Source: Candidatus Hermodarchaeota archaeon | Lineage (GTDB): Archaea > Asgardarchaeota > Thorarchaeia > Thorarchaeales > Thorarchaeaceae | Reading direction: 5' to 3' | Length of the DNA: 64,000 nucleotides | Assembly: GCA_048885865.1 (NCBI GenBank) | Contig: JBHLLF010000003.1 | Span: forward strand, 1 to 64,000 | In this document: one piece after another, positions 1 through 7,315 of the stretch | Position numbering within the stretch: position 1 is the first letter of the stretch | How the letters are laid out: every line of letters starts with the position of its first letter | Translations under genes and position numbers: made by a program | The notes under the pieces: model-generated | What the model saw: only the letters and a program-made list of their open reading frames with translations | Told to the model about the DNA's origin: nothing | Database searches by the model: none

Positions 1-2345
1 TCTGCGTCATCGTGGTGCTCTGCAAGCTCCATGCTTTCCCATGCTTTGCAGAGGTTGTATACAGCTTCTAATTCCATTCGTTCCGCCTTGATTTTGAATA
101 GAATGAGAACATTCTTGAACTCAGAAGCCGCTGAAGCAAATTTCTCTGAAGCCGCTATGTGTTCACCTTCTTTTCCTAGGATTCTTGCTCTTTCGATATT
201 AGCTCTGCCTGAACAATAATTGATCCTCACCTTGGCAACTTTTTTGAGTTTCTCGATTCGTTCTCGTTCCCATTTCTTCTCCAAAGAAGTGGAGGTTTCT
301 TCTAGTGATATTATCGCGCTATTGAATCTCCTACGGGTTGCTTCATATCTTTCCAAAGCCTGCTCATGATTTTCCTGTTTACTGAGTTGTTCAGCTTCTT
401 CCTGAAGAGCCCAGGCCGTGAAGTAGGATGCTTCATAATCATAACTTGGTAGTTCTCTCAGAATTTCACAAGCTTTCTCATAATTCTCCTTAGCCTTTTG
501 GTAATCTGACATCCTATGATAGGCCTTAGCCTTCTCAATCATGTTCCATGCACAAGCGTAGTTTATTTTTTCCTTAACTCTCTCTTTCAAAGGCTTGAAG
601 TCAATTGTTTTCAACGACTCTGTATGGGCCTCCTGAGCTTTTTCGTAGTGTTCAGCAGAGGCAATATGGTTGCCGAGTCGATCATCTATGTGTGCAGTAT
701 ATTCGTGACCAGCAGCGGCATAGAAATGGTATCCTCTCTCATTGCTCTCCTTGATTACTCCTAGGAATGTTTCCTTCGCCTTTCTAAGCGGTTCGACCCT
801 TGTCGTTAAAATGCCAAGCTCTTCGTAGAGAAGTCCTAATCGCACCTGAGCCGCCACGATACCTGTACGACTTTCCACTGAATGCTGATTGTATTTTCCA
901 GCGGCATCGATTGCAGCTGACAGATGTTTGATTCTGTCTTTCTCGTTTTCTGCAATGTCTGCAAGAGTCTTGTACGCTCTATATGCGGAAGAATACCCAG
1001 CAGCTCGGGCAAATCCTCCTTCGTATTCTTCTGCTATTTTTCCAGCCTGTTGGGCATATTGCAGCATCTTCTGAGCGTTTTGATTTCGTTCTTCCTTAGT
1101 TCTAGCGATGACAGCAAGCTGTGAGTGCGACCAAGTTAATATCTGATATCCCCAAGGAGAATATGGCCCGGAACCCGACTTCTTCAAATACTCGCTGGCA
1201 TATTCAACTGCCTTCTCAGCAAAGGATTTTCTCTGAGTAGTTGTGTAAGAACTCCTATGAGCAAGGTTTGCATAAATGAGCGCAGGCATTCCCTCTCCAA
1301 CATGAAACCAAAAGCTGTTTGATTCTGCGTATATTATTCCAATCTCTTCCATAAGCCGGATATCTTCAAATATCTGTTTCTGGAGGTATTCGTGTCTTGC
1401 TGTAGATAGGGCGTTCCAGTTCAACCACCATAGCGACGCTAATATCAGAATTTTATTATCTGCCCTCTTTGCGAACACCAGAGCCTTTTCCGAAAACTGA
1501 AATCCCTTCTCGACGTATTCTCTCTGCTCTCTTTCATCTTTAATGAAATGAAATCCAAAAAGGTAATACAAGGCACCGGTCACAAGGTGAACCATACTTA
1601 TGAATAGAGGATTGTGACAATCCTCAGTAGCCTTTATACTTTCATCACTCTTCAATAGGAGTTTCCTAATGTACTCCTTCCAATTCTCATCCCACCTAAA
1701 AGGTGCAATAATCATATGAGTATAACAAATCCATATTTCAGCAAATAATGATTCAGCAAGAGATTGAACATTTCCAACGTTCTTTGAAAGCTCCCAAGAG
1801 TCTCCTGCAATGGTTATGCCCTCCTGAATAAGCTGTTCAATCTCTGGCTTGTCACTACATTGAGTAACTAGGTGGAATGAAACCATTGCAGCACGACTCA
1901 GAGTCCGCGCTTGACCCTCTTGATCATTCTCTTTAGAATAGAGTTCGCTTGATTCAATGAAGTGTTCATGAGATTTGGTAAGCGCCTTCTTACTTTCCAA
2001 ATTTGATCCAGCTGCAGACCCTTTGAAGAAGAAGGCTTCTCCAATGCATTCCAATTCCTCCTGCTTGTCGCCTATCTGTTTATAGAGAGTCGCAGCTTTT
2101 CTATAGGCATGTATAGCATTTCTGGTATGTTTCATGTTTTCTGCTGCAGTTTCAACCGTATCTGCCAACTGTGCATGAACATATCCAAGCTTCATGTATG
2201 CCCCCGCGGCCCCCTTCACGTCTTTCTTATCTAAATGGGACTCTGCCGCTTGCTTGTAAACCTCTACCATTTGTATCCAGTTATAACTTGTCTTCTCAAC
2301 GCTCTTCCCTGCAGATAGATTCTCGCTTTCTTCCTTCTTCATCAT
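1..2345 (-). CDS. Large TPR/SNAP-like alpha-solenoid protein, truncated at the window edge (>781 aa; absent from the ORF track)
   Basis: Hand translation from ATG 2345 gives MMKKEESENLSAGKSVEKTSYNWIQMVEVYKQAAESHLDKKDVKGAAGAYMKLGYVHAQLA...AIHAYRKAATLYKQIGD. The same frame is open at spot checks near 1200 (ASEYLKKSG), 540 (IEKAKAYHRMSDYQKAKEN) and the edge (YNLCKAWESMELAEHHDDA). Repeated TPR-like A/Y helical pattern. Confidence 0.85.
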   Translation of the reverse strand, partial: MMKKEESENLSAGKSVEKTSYNWIQMVEVYKQAAESHLDKKDVKGAAGAYMKLGYVHAQLADTVETAAENMKHTRNAIHAYRKAATLYKQIGDKQEELECIGEAFFFKGSAAGSNLESKKALTKSHEHFIESSELYSKENDQEGQARTLSRAAMVSFHLVTQCSDKPEIEQLIQEGITIAGDSWELSKNVGNVQSLAESLFAEIWICYTHMIIAPFRWDENWKEYIRKLLLKSDESIKATEDCHNPLFISMVHLVTGALYYLFGFHFIKDEREQREYVEKGFQFSEKALVFAKRADNKILILASLWWLNWNALSTARHEYLQKQIFEDIRLMEEIGIIYAESNSFWFHVGEGMPALIYANLAHRSSYTTTQRKSFAEKAVEYASEYLKKSGSGPYSPWGYQILTWSHSQLAVIARTKEERNQNAQKMLQYAQQAGKIAEEYEGGFARAAGYSSAYRAYKTLADIAENEKDRIKHLSAAIDAAGKYNQHSVESRTGIVAAQVRLGLLYEELGILTTRVEPLRKAKETFLGVIKESNERGYHFYAAAGHEYTAHIDDRLGNHIASAEHYEKAQEAHTESLKTIDFKPLKERVKEKINYACAWNMIEKAKAYHRMSDYQKAKENYEKACEILRELPSYDYEASYFTAWALQEEAEQLSKQENHEQALERYEATRRRFNSAIISLEETSTSLEKKWERERIEKLKKVAKVRINYCSGRANIERARILGKEGEHIAASEKFASAASEFKNVLILFKIKAERMELEAVYNLCKAWESMELAEHHDDA

Positions 2346-2629
2346 CTATCGAACCTTACATACTCGTCTGGAAGAATGTAAGAAATGCGGTAGGTCTGCG
2401 TTATTCTATCTCCATTCCTACCTGTGGAATCGTTAATATTCTTATAATATGAAATGAGGTTTTAAGACTTGGCGTTTCTTTCTGTGATAGTTGTGAAGCA
2501 GGTTTGTCTTTCACCATGGTATTATGAGGCCCATTTGGACACCATGTATTTATGAAATCTTCATCCTTTGAATGCTTTTTGTATTTCCTGCATAAAAGAT
2601 ATCAGACGATGCAGTTACACCTAGAGTGA

Positions 2630-2699
2630 GCAGGTCAATGAGGCGGTTACCCCTGTCTGAGCTATCGCGATGACGACCCAAGAGCATGCTGAGATCTGC
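2630..2699 (+). ncRNA. Archaeal double-guide C/D box sRNA
   Basis: Terminal stem GCAGGUC/GAUCUGC; C box AUGAGGC 2638-2644; 12-nt guide; D' CUGA 2657-2660; C' AUGACGA 2670-2676; 12-nt guide; D CUGA 2689-2692. Confidence 0.82.
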
Positions 2700-2749
2700 C
2701 ACTCACTAGAAGTAAAGAAGTGTAGGCTGAGACCAAGTATCGGCTGATT

Positions 2750-2923
2750 CTAATTCCCCGTCACAGGACTGATCAATAGCCTATTTCGCTGAAGTGTAAC
2801 TCCGTAAGATTGTCCCTCTACATCTTCAACCGATACTGTTTCCCCTTGCAAAAATACACGGACCCTTTTTCGCAATTTCCGTCCTGGTAGATCGCGGATA
2901 TTTATTACGCAGGTCTCAGCCAT
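2750..2923 (-). CDS. Putative 57-aa small protein
   Basis: MAETCVINIRDLPGRKLRKRVRVFLQGETVSVEDVEGQSYGVTLQRNRLLISPVTGN; GGAG upstream of the ATG; too short for the ORF track. Confidence 0.4.
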   Translation of the reverse strand: MAETCVINIRDLPGRKLRKRVRVFLQGETVSVEDVEGQSYGVTLQRNRLLISPVTGN

Positions 2924-3168
2924 TTTTTGGAACTCCGACGGATGGATGTGGTGGTCGCGGCAGCCTGATAGGGATGCAAGACTTACTCTTATCTAGGAAA
3001 TCAAGTATATAACCGAGATTTGCATCTTCAATCCTGTAGAACATTCCAAAACTTAAGCTAGAAGCCATTTCTTGAAGGGACTACGAAATGCGACTTCGAC
3101 AATCGGAGTAGGTTCTACAGAAGTAATACCCGAAACTATACAAACTTAACATTCGGCCAATCTGATTT

Positions 3169-3366
3169 TCATGCTTGCTTCAGGCCCTTGTCTAACGATA
3201 GAAGCTTTGTGTAGAGATTTCCGTTTCGTCGAGAAATAGCTATGAACCTTGATTCGACCTCAACAACAATCTCTTCATCCTCTTTGATCAGTGTGTATAG
3301 GTTTGGATTATCCATGTCTCGCAGGATTCTCTGCAGGTCTTCCGAGTAATCCTTCTCCATTTGCAT
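3169..3366 (-). CDS. Small hypothetical protein
   Basis: 65-aa ORF with protein-like composition, co-oriented with upstream genes. Confidence 0.45.
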   Translation of the reverse strand: MQMEKDYSEDLQRILRDMDNPNLYTLIKEDEEIVVEVESRFIAISRRNGNLYTKLLSLDKGLKQA

Positions 3367-3469
3367 TCCGCCATTGTTTCATGTATAGTGAATTCTAGGG
3401 GATGGAACGGTGCAACCCTCAGGGGATAACCCATTATTAACTCCTTTGCTGAAAACCAATCTATAGATT

Positions 3470-4963
3470 TCATGGATTATATGCAAATGGATGACGTGCA
3501 GACTCCTTTCGCTGAATAATCTCCTCCACAGTTTGTCGCCCCTCAACTGCTCTTCGAATCGCAAAGCGAACAGCTCGGAAGTTGTTTATGTGTACTCTCT
3601 TTGGATTAACAGCATTTGGATGCACAAATGTATTAACTGCGATAACAAGGTCAGGAATGAGTTCCTCCGGGATTACTCCATCTGTGACCGTGCGTCTAAC
3701 AGCATCGGCTACAGCTCTCTGCGCGACTTCCATGACCATCTTCTTTTGCTTCTCACTCGTTATAGTTACAGTTGGTGCAAACACAGTGAGCGGTTCTAGG
3801 TCCTTGATGATGTTCGATGAATGGACTCCTTCGACAATCTTTCCAGCATTCTTCAACGCAGCACCAAGCGGTCCATCTCTAACTCCCATAACTAGATCGA
3901 CATGCGCCACCTCTTGCCCTTCTCCTGCCAATGCCTCGCCATGCAGTAATGTCAAATCTTCTACAACATTCGGTACTAGCCCCACCGCCTTTGGATAGCT
4001 TTCAGCAAGAAGCTCTCTTTCACCCAATTTAAAGGTCACAAGTCCACGCTCAATCAATTGAAGGTCTTCCAAACATGTCCTGAGTTCATCTATGTCTTCG
4101 TATCTCAAAGAATCACTCTCCTGTAGAGGGCGACGAGCCGATCCCACAGGGATTCCCATCATGTTCAATCCAGCCTTGATGGCTAGACCTCCACCTCGAT
4201 TGACAAAAATCCGGACTGTCTTCTGAATGCTTCTTTGAATTATCAGAGCCTCCTTGAGGTCACCTGTGGCGAGGGCAGCCTGCATCTTTAGATAGCGATC
4301 CGGAAAGATGTTTGCGCTGGCCAGGATTGCACCATCACATCCTGAGGCAAGTGCAGGAAGAGCTACCTCATCGTGCCCAATCATAACCTGAAACTCCTCT
4401 GGTTTGCGGACAAGAACTGTGGTTAGATGAACAAGATTCCCGCTTGAATCCTTCAAACCAATTATATTCTCAATCTCTCGCAATCCATCAATGACCCACC
4501 AATCAAGCATGACCCCGGTTACCTGAGGAATGTTATACACGATGATTGGTATTTCTGATGAATTCGCTATCTTCTCGAAGTGCTCATAGATCTCTTTTGT
4601 AGATGGTTTGAGGAAGTATGGAGTTACAACAAGAGCTGCGGAGGCTCCAAATTCTGCAGCCCTTCTTGTCAACTTAATCACATCATTTGTATATGAGGCT
4701 CCAGTACCTGCCACTACTGGCACTCGTCCAGCAGCAGCTTCGCAGGCTATTCGAATAGCATCCGCCTTCTCCTCGAATCGCATGCTGGTGAACTCGCCAG
4801 TTGTACCGCATGGAACCAATCCAGTAGCACCCTTTCCAATAGTATAATCAATCAGGCGTCGATACTGTTTCTCATTGACACCATGTTCATCAAACGGAGT
4901 AACCAGGGCAGGATAGACACCTTTGAATCGATAGGTATGACTCGCCATTTTCATCAACTCCAC
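3470..4963 (-). CDS. DapA/NAL-family class I aldolase fused to a C-terminal formaldehyde-activating enzyme (Fae) domain
   Basis: Aldolase motifs GTTGE, PYF, YNIPQ and Schiff-base GLKDSSG. The C-terminal GEALAGEGQEVAHVDL...VAQRAVADAV...FVHP...AIRRAVEG...SARHPF matches Fae. Real start is probably ATG 4954, overlapping the upstream TGA. Confidence 0.9.
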   Translation of the reverse strand: MELMKMASHTYRFKGVYPALVTPFDEHGVNEKQYRRLIDYTIGKGATGLVPCGTTGEFTSMRFEEKADAIRIACEAAAGRVPVVAGTGASYTNDVIKLTRRAAEFGASAALVVTPYFLKPSTKEIYEHFEKIANSSEIPIIVYNIPQVTGVMLDWWVIDGLREIENIIGLKDSSGNLVHLTTVLVRKPEEFQVMIGHDEVALPALASGCDGAILASANIFPDRYLKMQAALATGDLKEALIIQRSIQKTVRIFVNRGGGLAIKAGLNMMGIPVGSARRPLQESDSLRYEDIDELRTCLEDLQLIERGLVTFKLGERELLAESYPKAVGLVPNVVEDLTLLHGEALAGEGQEVAHVDLVMGVRDGPLGAALKNAGKIVEGVHSSNIIKDLEPLTVFAPTVTITSEKQKKMVMEVAQRAVADAVRRTVTDGVIPEELIPDLVIAVNTFVHPNAVNPKRVHINNFRAVRFAIRRAVEGRQTVEEIIQRKESARHPFAYNP

Positions 4964-6381
4964 ATCTGACCTAGAGCGGCACTTACTGCATTTTGAGTAG
5001 CAGCTCTAATCTCTCTGCGTTCACGCGTGTTCAAGTCTATGTCCAAAGCCATCAAAATTACATTATTCGATAGGACTTCTTTGGGGATTAGGTTCTTCTC
5101 AAGATGGTCTGCAACCGCTCGTGCAGCACCAGCCTGAACTGGTCCATAGAAGAGAGACGCCTGTCTCATAGATTCAATCTTGCTGATGGGAAACATCAAG
5201 CTTGAAGGTTTGACTGGCAAGTTTGGCTCAAGAATAACCGTGAGTGCTTCTCGGCCGACGTGCGGAGTGGTTAGTAGTGTCACAAATGCTCTACCAACTG
5301 AGCCTCTTTTTGAACCAGTTAGAATGCTCACTGTGACCTTTTCGTTGGAGCCCGTACCGTAATTGGTATCTGCCTCATTAATTTCCAAATCCATTTCTTG
5401 AAGAATATCTTTAATCGCAGTCAGTCCAGGAGCGGGATGAGTCAATGACTCGATCACTCCCAATTTCTCTAATTCTAGGCGGATTTCCTCTTTGAGTTCG
5501 AGTGTCAATGTCCCACCCGTATCAAGGGGCATTCTGCTCCTACCAGCTTTGATACCCATCATCTTCAGCGCAGCTTTTACTGGAGGTCCGCCACCATTCC
5601 TTGTGACAATCCTTGCCAGAGTCTGTGCATTCTGTTGCAGTTGAGCAGCCTTCGCATAATCGCCAGATTTCACAGACTCCATGATCTCCAGCCAGATGTG
5701 TGGGATTATGTTCGCAGATGCCATAATGGCAGCACTTGCACCAGCTGCTATGGCGGAGAGGAAGCATTCGTCATGACCAATCAGTACAGGCATCTTCCCC
5801 TTCAATTTCTGGATCAGTTCAACGGTGTGTCCGATGTTTCCACCGCTATCTTTGATTCCGACTATATTGTCAAGCTCAGCCAAATCCTCAACAACATTTG
5901 AGTTGAGGATACCTAGTGTGCATTGAGGGATATTGTACATTATTACGGGCAAATCTGCTTTTCTGGCAACTTCTGCGTAGTGGTCATAATATCCCTTGTC
6001 AGCAGGCCGTAGATAATAGGGAGAGATAATCAGTGCGGCATCACAGCCAATATCAGCCGCATATTGGCTTAGCGCTAAAGTGGCTCTAGTGCTATTCTGA
6101 CCAGTGCCAGCAATGACAGGCACTCTTCCATCAACATACTCTACAGCAAGCTTGAGAAGCTTCTTCCGCTCTTCTGTTCTCAAATATGAGAACTCGCCAG
6201 TTGTCCCGGCTGGTACGACTCCAGTCACTCCTTTTCCTATGGTGAAATCAATCACCTGTTTGAATCCGTCTTCAAGGATGTCTCCATCCTTTGTAAACGG
6301 TGTGACCAGTGCAGGCATTACCCCTTTTGGAACGAATCTCTTGCCCAACAGTTTCACCCTTGAGTGATGCGTGGCTGGCAT
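4954..6381 (-). CDS. Second DapA-family aldolase-Fae fusion (degenerate Fae N-terminus)
   Basis: GTTGE, PYY, YNIPQC, GIKDSGG; C-terminal LTVILEPNLPVKP...QASLFYGPVQAGAARAVAD is Fae-like. Confidence 0.88.
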   Translation of the reverse strand: MPATHHSRVKLLGKRFVPKGVMPALVTPFTKDGDILEDGFKQVIDFTIGKGVTGVVPAGTTGEFSYLRTEERKKLLKLAVEYVDGRVPVIAGTGQNSTRATLALSQYAADIGCDAALIISPYYLRPADKGYYDHYAEVARKADLPVIMYNIPQCTLGILNSNVVEDLAELDNIVGIKDSGGNIGHTVELIQKLKGKMPVLIGHDECFLSAIAAGASAAIMASANIIPHIWLEIMESVKSGDYAKAAQLQQNAQTLARIVTRNGGGPPVKAALKMMGIKAGRSRMPLDTGGTLTLELKEEIRLELEKLGVIESLTHPAPGLTAIKDILQEMDLEINEADTNYGTGSNEKVTVSILTGSKRGSVGRAFVTLLTTPHVGREALTVILEPNLPVKPSSLMFPISKIESMRQASLFYGPVQAGAARAVADHLEKNLIPKEVLSNNVILMALDIDLNTRERREIRAATQNAVSAALGQMWS

Positions 6382-6428
6382 CTCGCATATAAACTAGGGG
6401 TTACAAAGTGAAGCATACCATGAATATG

Positions 6429-6902
6429 TCATGTAGAGGTTCTTGCAGCCCAAGAGGAATGCGGCGATCTGATTATTACTGGTGTCAAGAATATCGCCAA
6501 AATTGTAACTAATGGAATGGGAGTTATCAAGATAGGAGGGCCACTAGTAGTGAGGAAACCAATGACAAGGAAATATGCAAGTTGCATTAGCAATAGTATG
6601 CACATGACAATAACATATCCCAGCTTGGTCAGATCCTCTCTAGTTAGGGAGAAGAATGTAACACCGGATACTATGAGCCCCATTCCCCAGAATGGGAGGT
6701 AGTCCATGGTGAGTCCCAGGGGAAACTCAAACATGAATGACGCACCGGAGTAGGATACAAGTGACCATAGTGGTGCAGTGATCCTGAAGGTTGTTCCACC
6801 AAGCAGATTCTGCTCAATAATGAAATATGGTGCTAGCAGAGTTGTAGCAAGCATTAGGGAAACAATTCTTCGGGAAAATCCCATGTTCATCTTCCAAACC
6901 AT
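6429..6902 (-). CDS. Hypothetical membrane protein
   Basis: About 4 hydrophobic segments. Confidence 0.7.
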   Translation of the reverse strand: MVWKMNMGFSRRIVSLMLATTLLAPYFIIEQNLLGGTTFRITAPLWSLVSYSGASFMFEFPLGLTMDYLPFWGMGLIVSGVTFFSLTREDLTKLGYVIVMCILLLMQLAYFLVIGFLTTSGPPILITPIPLVTILAIFLTPVIIRSPHSSWAARTST

Positions 6903-6995
6903 CCATACAATGGGATTTTCAGGATAATAACATTCGTTTCTAGCTCGATAGGATATTGCATATGATTTATGGCTTGGTAAAGCTAACGAAAAACT

Positions 6996-7313
6996 ATGAC
7001 AGAGTACATTTTGGCGATCACTACTTGCCCAAATAGCGACGCTACCGCTCTGGCAAAACGACTCGTCGAGGCGAGGGTTTGTGCTTGTGTGAACATTGTC
7101 CCTTCAATAAGGAGCATCTACCGGTGGAAGGGTAAAGTTGTGGATGATGAGGAAAGCATCCTGTTCATCAAGACCGAACGCACTTTTCAGGAAAGCCTAT
7201 GGAACGAGCTGAGAGCCCATCACTCGTATGATGTACCGGAGTTCATTAGCATCCCAATACAGGGAGGCTCTCAGGACTACTTGAAATGGATAACCGAAAA
7301 TATAACAGGATAG
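6996..7313 (+). CDS. cutA: Divalent-cation tolerance protein CutA
   Basis: CACVNIVP.I.SIY.W.GKV..DEE and HSYDVPE motifs. Confidence 0.95.
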   Translation: MTEYILAITTCPNSDATALAKRLVEARVCACVNIVPSIRSIYRWKGKVVDDEESILFIKTERTFQESLWNELRAHHSYDVPEFISIPIQGGSQDYLKWITENITG

Positions 7314-7315
7314 CT

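Noticed and set aside
31-2452. Short plus-strand ORFs in the first 2.5 kb
   Set aside because: Antisense shadows of the long minus-strand TPR gene.
3470-6381. Calling these genes dapA (lysine biosynthesis)
   Set aside because: The ASA-binding Arg is absent, Fae domains are fused, and no dapB/asd/lysC is nearby.
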